Made by a program: the position numbers and the translations under genes. DNA of 64,000 nucleotides from Microbotryum violaceum (lineage: Eukaryota), in assembly GCA_001244265.2 (NCBI GenBank), contig LN717261.1, positions 1,813,591 to 1,877,590 on the forward strand. Direction: 5' to 3'. Each line of letters begins with the position of its first letter. Position 1 is the first letter of the stretch. Shown in pieces: positions 1 through 13,570 of the stretch. The notes under the pieces are model-generated. The model was not told where the DNA came from. It saw nothing but the letters and a program-made list of their open reading frames with translations, and did not search any database.

Positions 1-329
1 CTTCATCCAATGGATCCACCGGCTATGAACGCTGCGATCTCTTGGAGGTCTCAAGGTCAGCAAAGACGTCTTCAATGGGAACGGCTTGAGCGAGAGCGTT
101 TCGTGTAACAGAACTGCTGATTTTCAGTGTGAGGCACCATCCTAAGGGTGGGGGATGTCTGTTCAGTCATGTGCTCGATACAAGGCAGAGCATGGAAGTC
201 AAGGGCCACGGGAAAATACAGCAGAAGGAGTGACTTCATACCGCTGAGAATCCGGGTCCATGGGACACTAAATGTAAGTCTTCACTGCCATGGCTACAGA
301 TAGACAACAGCAAGAATACTGATAATTGT

Positions 330-470
330 GTCACGCAAAAACATACGTCTGACTTGATGAATTGCGGCTCACCGTAAAGTGGCAGCTTGCAAGTCAAGCT
401 TGCGACACCCGTGAAAAGGTCCACACTCGACGCAGGTCTCGACGACATTCTGAGCCCATCATCGGGCTCC
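330..470 (-). pseudogene. Possible hAT transposase C-terminal dimerisation-domain remnant
   Basis: Minus-strand translation LRMSSRPASSVDLFTGVASLT loosely resembles the hAT motif LSIPASSVxxERLFS; short and degenerate. Confidence 0.25.
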
Positions 471-628
471 CGGAAAACAAAAAAGTAGCTCAATGATGGA
501 ATGAAGACTGTGTACATTTGATTGTTGTGCGCGGTCCTCTCCGGACCTGAACCACTAGGTTTCCGTTACAACAGTAGCGCAGCTGTTGCAGCAAAGCACA
601 TCACATTGCAGCGGATCAAGGGCTACGG

Positions 629-666
629 TGTGAGGTGGCGCACTCCGCGCGCGCCGCCGAACCTAG
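629..666 (+). mobile_element. Helitron 3' terminus (GC hairpin + CTAG|T)
   Basis: GGTGGCGC...GCGCCGCC hairpin followed by GAAC-CTAG(663-666)-T; near-identical inverted copy at 12286-12320. Confidence 0.7.
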
Positions 667-687
667 TAGTATAATAAAATAGGCCGT

Positions 688-762
688 CGAGACAAAGAAC
701 GTTCTAGAACGAGACAAAGAACGTTCTAGAACGAGACAAAGAACGTTCTAGAACGAGACAAA
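688..762 (+). repeat. 22-bp tandem repeat (CGAGACAAAGAACGTTCTAGAA) x~3.4
   Basis: Units start at 688, 710, 732 and 754. Confidence 0.95.
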
Positions 763-780
763 CCACGTGGCGTGACGTCA

Positions 781-808
781 TGGCGCGCTTCGCGCGCCAC
801 CGCACTAG
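781..808 (+). mobile_element. Second Helitron 3' terminus
   Basis: Perfect hairpin TGGCGCGC-TTC-GCGCGCCA followed by CCGCA-CTAG(805-808)-T. Confidence 0.7.
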
Positions 809-1289
809 TTTCAGAGCATTTCCAGAACATTTCCAGCTTCGCTGGATAAAACTTATGGCTGTGTTTGCAATGACTACATCAAGATGTGAGCACTACTGCC
901 TGCCGTGTGGTACAAGACTCTGACTAGTGTGTATAAGTCCGTGACAGCGAAAACAATTCATTGCACAAGTTGCTACTTCAGTGTGACGAAGTGGGGGATC
1001 TAGACACGATCCAGAACGATTAGAACGATTCAGACGTCAAGTCATCTAGACAGATTTAGCCGCGCACCGGCAAGTGGTAAAGTTCCTGAAGGGGGGACAC
1101 CTCTTTGTCATTGGCTTTACCAGTGGGAACCCGTTAAATTAACGGGAGGATCAAATTCGAGAAATAGCAGGATAATCGAACAGTCTACATGATTTCAGCT
1201 CAGAGATTAAGAGAACACAATACGAAGTACAGCAAAGAAACAGAATTCATTCATTCTACATTCATCGCCAAAACAGCCTGCATGTCGCT

Positions 1290-2960
1290 TGTTGCCGGAT
1301 TGGCTTCAAACACTTGTGCAATGAGATCCGGACGGTTGCATGCTTTGTCATTCGGCCTCAGTGCAGCCTTGATTTCCGGTGCTTCGGGGACGTACGACAT
1401 TGTGATGAGCAGCGGAGGCTTTCCATGTTTGACAACGCACGCCATCGCATCCTGGTATCGCTGCGTGATGTCGCGCGGTCTATTCTTGATCATCGAACGT
1501 CCAAATTGGTTCGGGTCAAGCCGTTGATGCCTTGGGTCGTGGTGAGGCGTAGGTTTTCTTGATGCAACCGGATATGTTGAGTTGATCGGTCTCGACTTGG
1601 AAGTATATCCGTAAATCACAAACTCCAGGAAGGGACGTTGGGTGCAATGCGGGATTGAGAAGTACTCGTCGCGTTTGGCAAGTAGTGCGCAAAGATTTGT
1701 GAACGGGAGACTCGCCACCTCGACCCCTTCACTTGACCTTTGTCCTAGGTGTTCAAAAGTTCAATGTCAGTCTGTGCTTGCGCCTTAGACAGAATGGAAC
1801 ATCAGAGAAAGAGCCGAAGACGCGTACGTTCGCCATCACCATCCTCTTCGTCCCCTTCCTCGCCGTCTTCATCCTCATCGTCGCGGTCTTTGTCCATCTC
1901 TTCGCCTCCGTCATCAAGACCGAGACCGACAAGTACCTCGCGCAATTGGACACCATTGGATCTGCTCTCGGTTTCTGGCAATGGGTGGCCCAGCTTGGTT
2001 GAAACCGCAAAGAGGAATGTTGGGGTGGAAGCCATCTTCCCCCGCGGGGAAGAGTAGTGAGTACCGGAGGCATTGCAGACGGATGGAGCGAGCTGATGAC
2101 TTGGTACTTGGGCCGACCATCGGGACATCGATCACTGTGCACCTGGAGAATAAGGTCTTGCGGTCCATGATCTCCCGTGTTGGTGTCGGAACCGCAGATA
2201 AGCATCGCCATTTCCGTGCTTGACGTAGGAAGGTTGTGGGTGCGTCGGTCTCGGCCTGGTGGTAGGCAGAGGCGCAGGACCCACTCTTTGGCCGTATCCC
2301 AACCTGCGCAAGCTTTGGCCGATGCGAACTCCCTCACAAAGCGATTGCCGGTGCGCAACATGGACTCGAGCTTGGTCAGCGTTGATCTTTGAATGCGAGT
2401 CTCTGCGCCGTCGGGTCCAAGTCGAGTGTCGGTGGCCTCGGCCGGGTCGATGAGCCATGTTTGAGCAAAGGTTGGGCGTTGAGTCACGGCAGGGATCAGG
2501 GCGCCGAGTCGATGGTAGAGGCGACCAAACACGCGAAACACGGGGGGTCCTAGCGTGCCCACTTGAGTTTGGTCCCAGAGGGCAGCGAGCGAAGTGAACG
2601 ACAACGCGTTGTTGTACGACTGGGCATTCTCGCGGAATGCAACCGCTTCTGTGTGGGTGGGTAGAACAGTTCAGCATGTGAGTCTACTGCAGACGAACGT
2701 TGTTGGACGGAGCAACTGACCGCTATCCGAGCCTTCAAGAAGCTGCCGATACTCGAGATTGGGCTGGGGAGGGGGAGGCAGCTGCACCTTGCCCTGCGAG
2801 CAGCACGTGCTGAAGTGTCCGGTCGACTTCGACCTTTCGCACTCCCAGTGCCAAGCCTTGCAGTGGGTGCACACGGCCGTCTGCGGGCCGAGGCCATCGC
2901 GGATCGAAACGTGGGGCTTGAGGGGTTTGAGCGCGATTCGAGGCCTGCGCACTTGCCTCT
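1290..2960 (-). pseudogene. Degenerate Helitron RepHel gene, N-terminal part only (Zn finger, N-terminal region, start of Rep)
   Basis: CTHCKAWHWECE...CCSQGKVQLP zinc finger; SFTSL...GPPVFRVFGRLYHRLGAL...FAQ; PRDITQRYQDAMACVVKHGKPPLLITM...PEI...RPDLIAQVF. Frameshifted and internally deleted; no HUH motif or Pif1 helicase seen. Confidence 0.88.
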
Positions 2961-4704
2961 GCGCAGGAAGAGGTGGTGGTGGGGCGAGCTCAGCGTCGGA
3001 TCGGCCATCGGGCCCTCGCGCTGACCACGCTGTCGTTCTACAAAGCTGTACGGCTGACGCTTATACGGGTCGCAATACCAAGATCGGTTGGTTGTTATCA
3101 TTACGCGCGGGGAGCTGACCTTGTTGATCGGAGCGGGACGAAGAGGAGAGGAGAGGAGCGTGGCGCCCAGCCCATATTCCCGCGGTACGCTATCGTACGG
3201 CGCTACCCTCGCGCCAAATACTCGGCGCTGTTGTCACGAAAATTCGATGAGAGGGGGAGGGAAAAGGTGAAAATTAGAGAGAGCAGCGCGGGAGTATTTA
3301 CAGGAGTATTCACAGCGCCTGGAACCTCATGTTGTTGTTGAGCCCCTAAAACCGGTGTCGGAATGCAAAGAATACGTCACGTGATCGACGGGGCATCCCG
3401 CAGCGTAGCCGCGCCTGCGCCCGCGCGTCAACGACGGCGAGACCACCCCGGAGCTCTGTAGAAGAAGTGTCATGCAAACCCACGCGCTTGCCATACATTA
3501 AATCCTACGCACACTGCTCAATAGTTCCTCACCATGTCTAAATTCGACGAAAATCGTGCTCGGGTTGTAGCTCGACTTTTATGGTGCAGAAAATGCGAAA
3601 AGGATCGTACATGACTTCTGGTCGGGACACCAACATCACAGGCAGGTGCGGAAGACGCAATACTGTACTGGTACATTCACTATAGGCGGCCCACCGGGCC
3701 GCAACACAGTCAAAAACAGCGATTTTAGGTACATGGTCGCGGATCGACACTTTTTCTTGACTAGTTAGGGTAACCCGCCGCTTGAGGTTCCAGGTCGGCC
3801 CTGCGCTTTTTGTTCGCTGTGATTGTTTGGTACACCTTTGTTTTGGCAAGCGTATCTCGGCCCTGTTCTACCCGGATGTTCGTTTCTTGGACGAAGGATG
3901 CCAGGTTCTTTGTGCTTCCTTTGTACACGAGATTTGAAGGCATCGCTTGCGGTGCTCGGAACCGAGAGAGGTCAAATATATAATGGCGAGATACCGGATG
4001 CCGAGCTGCGCCCTGAATTGATCGCGAACTCGACAAAAGGCACCACTTTCGGTCAGTTTGTTTGTTCTTCAGTGACAAGTTGTCGCATAGCTGTATTCAT
4101 GTCACGGTGAACGATACCTGCCGTACAGGCGCTCGCCATACGGGGGCCGCACTATTTTCTTAGGACCGCCATAAGTTTCGCGCGCGCTTGTGTATCCTCC
4201 ATCTCGTCAGCAGGCGGTATTGGGTACCACAGCTATATCGGATTTCGGTTCCGAATTCGACTCTTGGGAACATTGGTATAGGAATATTGGTATTGTCTAT
4301 AAGAATAACTCTAACCACGATTAGCTAATAAGCTTTCGTTTCACGGCTCGTGGGACACCCAGAGGTGCACCGTGCCGGGGTGGGCGAGGAGGGGGGAGCA
4401 ATGGTCACTATCCCTCTACCAAGCTCCCCCCGGGCCAAAAACAGAAAAGCTGCCTTCTCGCGCGTGCGCGCACGAGTTCATTTGGCTGGCTTAATAGACC
4501 AGTAATGGACCTGCCGATCTGCGCCAGCTGGTCAGTTAGAACGCACCGTCCCTGCTCTTAGTGCTGGTCTATTCCATTATTAGGCACTTGAGACCCCGCC
4601 CGTGTCATCACTCCGCTCGCCCACGCCGACACACATTGCGCCGGAGAAGAGGTGCAAGTGTTCGCTGCCTCAAACAAGACGCGAGCTCGGTCATACCCAA
4701 CAAC

Positions 4705-7700
4705 ATGGCCGAAGAAGGCAGGCTGCTCGCCGAGAGCCTCGCGACCGTGCGTACCCAGCTGGGCCAGCTGAAGCGATGCCTGGTCAGTACCACAACATAG
4801 CCCGTGATCCTTCATCATCGTCTGGCACGGAGCGTCGTCATTCCCTATGGTCTGCTTCGGTTCACATGACTCGAGACGGCCAGCATATGACGCTATATGA
4901 CGCCCGACCACCCACCCGCCCGTCATTCATCGTCCACCCCGCACCCCCGACCACCGTGACTCTGATCCACGCTATACTTGGCCAGAGTACTTGGCGCAGT
5001 CGTTCCAATGGGCTAAAACGGGGCGGTACACTCTCGCAAGGAGCCGCCCGGCGCACCAGAGCATACACGACGAACCGGAAGCGAATGCCTCGATACGGAT
5101 CCGATTACCCTCCCAAAGCGCCGCCACATGCCATCACCGTCACCGTCACCGTCACCGTCACCGTCACCGTCGACCGCCAACCGGATTGACCACCGACCCA
5201 CGCCACATCTCCGCTCCCACACACCCAAGCTCCTGCCGTGACAGGGATCCATGCTGACCGCTTACCTCGCTTTCCCTCGCGCCCCCTTCGTCGGTGCATC
5301 AGGATGGCGATCAGTTGATGGATGCTCTCAAGAGTGCAAGCACCATGCTTGCCGAGCTGAGGACCTCGTCCTTCAGCCCCAAGCAGTACTATGAACTATG
5401 TCAGTCGCGGCACCACCGCAATGCAACTCTTATCCCTGGTTTGTTATGCACAACGTCTCAATTCGTCTGATCCCAACCGCAGACATGGCCGTCTTTGACG
5501 CCCTTCGGCACCTGTCGTCATACCTTCATGACGCCCACGTGTCGGGCCGACACCATCTTGCAGACCTGTATGAACTCGTTCAGTATGCGGGCAACATCGT
5601 ACCTCGGCTATGTATGCACACTCCCTTCTGCTTCCCGCAAACCTCGCCACGCGTAAGCGGGCTGCTGACTTCCGCCCCCTCGTCACCCACCGCTTCTCCT
5701 GCAGACCTGATGATCACCGTGGGCACCGTGTACATGTCCATACCCGATGCTCCCGTCAAGGAGATCATGAAGGACATGATGGAAATGACGCGCGGTGTGC
5801 AGCATCCGACCAGGGGCCTGTTTCTGCGCCATTATCTAAGTGGCATGACGAGGGACTATCTACCCGTCGGTGACGATCCAGGGTGAGCAGCCTTTTTCTA
5901 TGTGCTGCGGTCGGGTCCTGGCGACATAGGATCATACCTCTCATACGTGATCAAGCCCTCCCTCCCTCTTTATTGTGCAGACCTGGTGGTAATCTCCAGG
6001 ACTCGATTGGATTCGTCTTGACCAACTTCATCGAAATGAACAAGCTCTGGGTCCGACTGCAGCACTCGGGTCTGTCACGCGACCGCGAGCGCCGAGACAT
6101 GGAACGGCGCGAACTGCGCATCCTCGTCGGCACGAATCTAGTCCGATTGAGCCAACTTGAAGGCGTCGACTTGGAGATGTACCGCCGATCCATCCTGCCA
6201 AGTATTCTGGAGCAGGTCGTGAATTGCAAAGACGTGATTGCGCAGGAGTATCTTATGGAAGTCGTCATCCAGGTCAGCCCCATCTCTTAATATTTCGCTT
6301 GTCCTCCGCAAGGCCGCTCCTCAACCAGATCGTGTCTCATGCTTGTCGCAGGTCTTCGTCGATGACTTCCACCTTCGGACGCTCTCACCGTTCTTGTCAG
6401 CGGTGGCGCAGCTTCACCCTAAAGTGGCGATTAAATCCATCGTTATTGCCTTGATCGACCGACTGGCCGCATATGCCGCGAGAGAAGCCGAGAACGAGTC
6501 CCCAGAGGAACGTCAGCAGCAGGAGGAAGAAGCGGCAAGGCGACTCTTGAGAGAGGTGAAGCGTCAGCGTGAGAAAGCCAAGTTGGATGCAGACGGTCGG
6601 AGCCTATTGGCAGGCTCTTCGGGCTCAGTGGATGGGGAAACGGACGCGTGGGGTGCCGAAATTGTGCCGCCGGAGCAGGACGAGGTGTCTCAGGACGATG
6701 GGCTGATCGATGGCGTCGTCCCAACCGCACCTGCGCACACCGTTCGCAAGTTCAGGGGTATTCCGGAGAACGTGAGATTATTTGAGGTGTTCTGGCAGCA
6801 GGTTGTTGAGCTTATCAAGGTGAGGTAGACAATCGATGGCGGCGGCGAGAGGGGGGGGGGGGGCGGCGGGGTCGACCCTGCTGACTCTCGGCATCTGGCA
6901 CATCACCATCTAGGCGAGACCGGACCTCTCCATTCAAGACATCACAGCACTCCTCGTTTCCCTCGTCAACCTGTCACTCAGCTGCTACCCCGACAAACTT
7001 GAGTATGTCGACCAAGTCCTCTCCTTTGCGCGATCTAAAGTGCAGGAATACGCCGACTCCCCAGACCTTCATCACCCCGTCACAATCCAGAGCCTTCTCT
7101 CGCTCTTACTCGCACCCATCAACTCTTACCTAACCGTACTCACCTTGCTGGCCTTACCGAGCTACAAGGAACTGCTGATGGTTCAGCCTTTTCCGACGCG
7201 TCGCTCGATTGGGCATGCTATTGTCGCTTCGATCCTAAAAATTGAGACAGTCATCGACTCGGCCGAAGACGTCAAGGGGGTTCTGGATCTGTGCCACGTA
7301 CTAATGCGAGACCAGAAGGACCGCGTCGTTCCCAACCCACAAGGTTTGGGGCAGCGACAGTCCAGTGGGGCGCTCGGCAGCGTCGGGCGTGGGCAGCAGA
7401 GCTACGACGTGGAAGAGATGGCCGAAGAACAGGGATGGATTGCTCGGATGGTACATTTGTTCAGAGCACATGAGCTCGAGGCCCAATTCCACGTCAGTCG
7501 ATGGCTCTGTCGAATGACTTTCTGTTCTCACTCATGCGATGCGGCTTGCTGACGACTGCCTGCGGACTCTGTTTCAACATTCACACAGCTGCTTCAAACC
7601 GCCCGCCGCGAATTCTCCGAAGGTGGAGACAGAATACGGTGGACCTTCCCACCTCTGATCGTTGGCGCGATCAAACTTGCTCGGCGGTACAAGGCACGAA

Positions 7701-8699
7701 AGCGGTTCGTCGAAGACTGGGACGTCAAGGTTTCGTCGCTGTTCAAATTCATGCATCAATGCACCTCGGTCCTATATAACAAGGTCGAGTCCTCCGAAAT
7801 TTGCTTGCGACTGTACCTGCTCGCCCTTTCAGCCGCAGACGAGGCCAACCTCGAAGAATTGGCGTACGAATTCGCCGTGCAGGCTTTCACCATCTACGAG
7901 GAATCAATCTCGGAGTCGAGGGCGCAGCTGCAGGCGATCACGTTGATCATAGGTACCCTGCAAGCGACCCGTGTCTTTGGAATGGACAATTATGATACAC
8001 TCATCACAAAAGCAGCTCTTCACGGCGCCAAGCTGTTGAAGAAGGGCCAACAAGCGACTGCGGTCGCACTGGCAAGCCATTTATGGTGGCAAACTGATAA
8101 CGTTGCGGTCAAAGAGATTGATTCCGACAAGGTGAGTTTATTTTATCGATGTGTGCATAACGAACGGACGTTGAGACGAATTTTGCCATGTGTGTCACAA
8201 GGCACCGTTCCGCGATGGCAAGCGCGTGCTTGAATGTCTGCAAAAGTCGCTCCGGATCGCGACGTCTTCGATCGACGAACTTACAAGCGTTCAACTTTTT
8301 TGCGACGCTTTGGATCAGTACCTTTGGTACTACGAGCGAGGTGTGGAAGCCGTGAGTGCCTTCGACCAACGTTGATCACTGATCGCGCAACGCATAGCAG
8401 CGCTTCGTCAGCTCTCCTGACATGTCCTCTACGCTGCTGCTCTTGCCCAGATATCGCCGAAGCACATTAACAGTCTTATCGAACTCATCACCTCGAATTT
8501 GGACGGGCTGCAGTCAGACGAGATTTTATCCGCAGCCGGTGGTGCAGCCTCCGGACTCATCGAGATGCCCAACAGTGTCGAAGCAACCGTTCATCATTTG
8601 CGCAACATCTTGAGTTATATCGCCCGGAGGAAAGAGGATGATTCATCGCCCCTCTTTGAACAGGTCGAAGTTGCTGGGCCATTGCTCAAGGTACCTTAA
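4705..8699 (+). CDS. VPS35: Vacuolar protein sorting 35, retromer subunit (multi-exon)
   Basis: [114 protein letters not shown] introns with CTRAC branch sites. Confidence 0.97.
5135..5170 (+). repeat. (CACCGT)n microsatellite in VPS35 intron 1
   Basis: About six direct hexamer copies. Confidence 0.9.
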
Positions 8700-9063
8700 G
8701 GAAGGAAAGGCTCGCACCTGGCTCGCGAATTTCAGGGGCTTGTACTCAGCGTCGTGGCTTTGAGATTCTGCGCTGTGCTGCAATATGATATGAAGGTTGC
8801 ATTGCTCTGCAGGAAGAAGAGTCTTTAACATACAGAATCTAGTGCCGGCTCTGAAGCTGTGTGTGGCAGACCGGACATTATTTTTGAGGCCCCCCTTCAA
8901 TGCTAAGGTCCGAATCCGATCCCAAACTTCTGCTCGGGCTCCGTGAGTGGCTAGGACGTGGTGGCACAGCTTTGGGAGCTACAGCCTTCTTGCCCGATCT
9001 GCCCGCCTTGAAGCGCTCTCGACCTCTCGGCAGGGCCATAATTTTCTCAAGCTGGGAAGTGAA

Positions 9064-11899
9064 TTAGGTAGAAGAGGGCGTGAGCATCTTGGTGCGGTAT
9101 TGTGTGAGCCCCGTAGAGAATCTTACCTGTCGCACCTTCTCGCCTCTCGATGCATCTCCGACCCCTTCATCTTCATCCCCAGCTTTTGTGGGATCATAGC
9201 CAATCAGACGAACCGCATGCGTGGAGAAAGCTCGCCGTTCAGCCGGAGCAGCCGGTGGGCCAAAAGCTTCTTCACCGAGACTTTTGGACGTTGATTTCTT
9301 CGCTTTCGGCTCTACTGTTGAGTTGTCAACCTGCCCATTTGCATTCAAGCTGGCTCCCGCTGGGACCGTTCGGCGGGCCAAGTATTGCCCTCCTAATGTT
9401 TTCCCCTGGTCGTGCTGTAACAGGACCTTGAGTTCACGCTCGGCAGTTTGTTGCGCCTTTCTCTTGCTTGCCCGTGACTTCTCCAAATCGGCCAACGTTG
9501 GGCCATCTCTAATCCCTTGCACGTAGCCGCCTGACCCATTTCCGCTCGTTATGGCAGCATGTCGTAATTCAGAAGCGATGACAGCTTTGATCTGCCCAGG
9601 GTTGTTATCGACGAACTGTTTGGAAGATCCGCTACGGGTGACGTAAGTCTTCACCCCGTCATTCAAAGAGGTGTTGTCGCGGGGTAAGAGGCCGATTTTC
9701 CTCATTGGGTCGTATTCGTCCTTGATTGCAAAGCGCGCAGCCCTCGTTTTCGCGCTGGGGACAAACTGGCGTTCGAATTCGGAAGGATTGAAAGTCGAAG
9801 TGGTCGAAAGACTCGAATTCCTTTGAGAAATTGGGACATGATCCGTAGCACTTTAGTACATCGAGGAGTGTCCGAAAGTCTGCACCAAAAGGGACTCACA
9901 CATTCGCCGTCTCGGGGCGGCGCACTCCCGTTGATTTGACTGCTCTGTGCACATGGTACTGGCAGTACTTGTTCACACGACTTACGGTCATGTTCCATAA
10001 GAGTCAAAATTATGGGTTTTGTAGACGATAGCTGTGGCCAGACGTCAGACTCACCCGTCGCACCACTCGTCACAGGAGTTGCCGTTAGCTTTGCGCGCTT
10101 TGCAGCTGCTCAAATCCTGCGCTTGCCCAATAATCATCATCGAGTCGGCGTTTTGGGGAACAAGAGTGTAAACATTGCTTTTCCCCGGATACTGCAAATC
10201 TCGAGAATAGCTTAGCGAGATCGTCCCAGTGTTACTTGGGAAACTAGTGGCATTCGTGAATGATGGCAAAATCTTACCTCCCTCGGTTTCAAGATCCGGG
10301 GATTCAGGATCGCTACTACTGCACCAACGCTTTCTTTCCAGAACTTTTCGTACGCGCCCCCACTTCCGCCCTGGTATACTGGTACCTGGTAGCCGTTCGC
10401 TTCGATACGATTGTCGACACTGTAGGCCTCAAACAGGATGACGTTCAAAAGGCCATGACCACTTGAGCTCGCTTCCGGGGTGGAGAGGTCAACGAGAGTG
10501 AAACGTAGATTTTTTCGCTCTTTGGTCCCTTCTTTCGCGTTGGGATTCGTCACCTTGACCGGGCCTTTCCAGGCGAGCACGCCAACAACGATGAAGTCTG
10601 CATCCAACTCGACATCGACTTCATCCGTGCCTCTCTGATGGCGAGCGCAAGAGTACAATAGCGAGGGGCTTAGATGGTAGCGATCGGAAAAATGGTGTTG
10701 GAGGTCCTCATGCGGGATGCATCGCGAGCCAGGGCTGAGTTCACGAAGAGCAAGCCTGTGTGTGAGCGCCATCGCGGAGTTCGCGTTTCACAATCCACAC
10801 CACATGTAGCTCACCGGAGTCTGATCTTGCTGTAAGGTTCGATCGTCGCATACTCGGGATCACCGGGTACGGGTGGATGAGCCAGCGGGCCAAGCTGAAG
10901 ATGCTCGATCACCTTGCCATCTCGAGTCCGTTTGGTGGGGTTGTTCGGCACACCAATGATATTGAGATCATCAGCTTCATCCTTTTTGTCATGGCCGGCG
11001 ACGTCAGTGGGATCATCTGGTCGAGCATGCGTTTCGCTTCGGGTCGTCTTGGGGGCTGCAAGTGTGTTTGCCGTCGCCTTATGTAGATGGTGTTGCGCAC
11101 TACGAAATCGCGCAATCTTACCTCCCTTGCCTCGTAATTCTGCAAGAGGGTCTGCTGGCTCCTTCCGTTTCTTCGACTGTGGTTGCTTTGCTGGGCGATC
11201 AACTCCATCCACCTTCTGGCTTGTGGAGGCTACCGCGGCGGCGCGACGATCGAAGAGAGCAAAGCTCGAACTACGAGTCGTTTCTCGCCTCCGGGCTTCG
11301 CTGTGGGACTTGACCTTGTGGATTTTATCGAGACCCTTCAAAAGTTTAGATTGACCGTCTGTGAAGCATAAGCCGGTATCATCAGCTCGGATACAGGGGT
11401 GGTCATGGCTCCAGAGCAAATCACCCACTTTGGCGCACGGGCTCTGCGGAGACCAGTTCGGCATGGTCGAACATGGCGCGATCCTTCCCCTTTCCGCGTT
11501 CGCAATGATCCGACCTGGAAGATGTGCGCGGGCCGCCATGCCTTTTGCTATCCTTGGCCCCGACGAAATCATCCTCCCACTCGTCGGCAGGACTGTCCTT
11601 GTCCCCGATGACCGACAGCCGGGGTCGCTCGCCTGACGAAATGCAGGGAGACTCGGATCAGGGCATCATGCTCTATACAGCACAATCATAGATGGCTGGA
11701 ACTTACGAGGACTTGGGCTGGCAGGAACGAGCAGATAAGTACCACTGTCGGTGCCGACTTGGCGATGATGGGTCGCAACTCGAGCGAGAGCTTGAAGTGC
11801 GTTGCTATCTGACGCTGCACGTCTCGAGTCTACTTCTGTCGGATCGTAAACAGACGCAGGCAGTAGAGCTATATCATCTTGAGGACGAGTGCGTTGCAT
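9064..11899 (-). CDS. MCM10: DNA replication factor Mcm10 (multi-exon)
   Basis: EPYSKIRL; HLSPSLLYS; OB-fold DFIVVGVLAWKG...GGSGGAYEKFWKESVGAVVAILNPRILKP; CCCH finger IGQAQDLSSCKARKANGNSCDEWCDG|RVNKYCQYHV. Start and end exons approximate. Confidence 0.9.
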
Positions 11900-12019
11900 T
11901 GCCGAGCAACGGCACTTTGTCGACTTGACCGCGTGGCAGATAGAGGATCGATTGAGCGGGACGGGACGCGTCGCGGCACGATGAGCCGCTCGTCTGCAGT
12001 GGCACGCGCCGCGCTTGGA

Positions 12020-12150
12020 CAGGACCCCCGGAAGCCCAGCCAGAGGCGGCCTGCAAATTTTGACATTCTGGGGAGCGGAAATCGGCTAGGCAACCCGCAA
12101 ATTTGGACATTCTTGGCTCAAATCAAAGGCTCACCTCATTTTTGGACATT
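12020..12150 (+). mobile_element. Left terminal inverted repeat (CAGGACCCCC...) of a DNA transposon, with TTGGACATT subterminal motifs
   Basis: 12020-12051 is the reverse complement of 44574-44605 (2 mismatches) and similar to 48502-48530. Confidence 0.75.
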
Positions 12151-12285
12151 TTCCTCCCTCCGGTCGAACTTTGAAGCGCAGAATAGCAGAATAGAGTAGC
12201 GGGAGGCTGGCCCAGGCGCATGGCACAGCCGGCCCAGCGACGCGCTGTTTGCATTTGGAGCGCGTTTATTTTTATTTTTATCTAA

Positions 12286-12320
12286 CTAGGTTCGGCGGCG
12301 CGCTCCGCGCGCCACCTCAC
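12286..12320 (-). mobile_element. Helitron 3' terminus
   Basis: Reverse complement reads GTGAGGTGGCGCGC-GGA-GCGCGCCGCCGAAC-CTAG|T; same family as 629-666. Confidence 0.72.
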
Positions 12321-12949
12321 ATTGAAAAACATTATTGCAGATGGCTACGGTTCTACGCTGCTTCATCTATATTTTCGGGGAATTTTGCAGGACTGGACAG
12401 AAGATCCATTGCACCTAAGTCATGTCGAGGGTAGGCTCCCGGCAGTGGACGCAGTGCAATCGGTGACTGTGCGGCGGGGGGATGACGCCGTGCGCGAACT
12501 GAACGCGCTCCCGGAGGTTCCGGACGGTAGGTCGTCGCTGCGGGATAGCGTTGGCATCGGGCGTTGGCTGGGGTGGAGGCGATTGATTGATAGAATCATC
12601 TTGCTGCCTTTCCCTAAGTCTCCGCAATTGTTATGCCCTAGATCTTCTGGAAGTAGAATGATTCGTTGATGTTGACGTCGATGTTGATGCGGTAGAGGCA
12701 GGGTTCGGCGAAGAACTGTGGGACCGGACCGGAACGCACTCGCTCGAGCCCTTCGTCGTTGCTGGCCTTCAGACCTCCGAGATGTCGTGCAACTATCAGT
12801 ATTCTTGCTGTTGTCCATCTGTAGCAATGGCAGTGAAGACTCACATTTAGTGTTCCGATGACCCGGATTCTCAGCCGTAGGAAGTCAAGCAGCACCTCAA
12901 CTTCCCCCCAAAAGTCGGTATTCCATGATGCAAGCGTGGACGATTTGAG

Positions 12950-13570
12950 CAGGCCAAGGCTCCAAGCATCATGTCGCCAACGAGCAAGAGCACTACCAAA
13001 GAGAGTCAGGTGCTATTATATCATTTACTAATACCGATGATCGAGTCATGTGCGAAGTATACGTGAGTCTGGTTCACTGCAAGTCTCTCGAGCGCTCCAG
13101 ATAGTCAAAGCTGACCGATGTCCTTTTCTGATTCATCAATCAATGTGCTCTCAGAACCACCCTTTCTCCGAATCAATCCGGGCCGGTGTAGGATCGATCA
13201 TGTGCTCGTATAACCTTATCAATCAGACGCACGCTTGCGAAAACTCGTACCTGATGAACAAGCTCGCCAAGCAAGACCTGGCGTTCCATTGCTTCGTCGT
13301 CTCGGATTGGGCGGCACAGACGAGCGGCGTCAGCAGTGCGCTTGCGGGTCTGGACATGTCGATGCCAGGTCAGTAGATATCTTTCGCGGGTAACTAAAGC
13401 TTCTTATACCTACTGAAGACCTATCTCTTCTGCAGGCTTCTGATCCTACACCGAGGGGCTGGACAACCAGCAGAATCCCACTAAATCAAACACTAGCTAC
13501 TGGGGTGCCGAGCTCGTCAAAGCCGTCAACAACGGATCCGTACCCCTCGCTCAAGTCAAGCTCGAAGTAT
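12950..13570 (+). pseudogene. Glycoside hydrolase family 3 (beta-glucosidase) internal fragment with introns
   Basis: KHHVANEQEHY; PFSESIRAGVGSIMCSYNLINQTHACENSYLMNKL...FVVSDWAAQTSGVSSALAGLDMSMPG (SDW nucleophile motif); YWGAELVKAVNNGSVP. No N- or C-terminal part. Confidence 0.88.

Noticed and set aside
3538-4110. Short ORFs between the Helitron remnant and VPS35
   Set aside because: No recognisable domain or consistent gene structure
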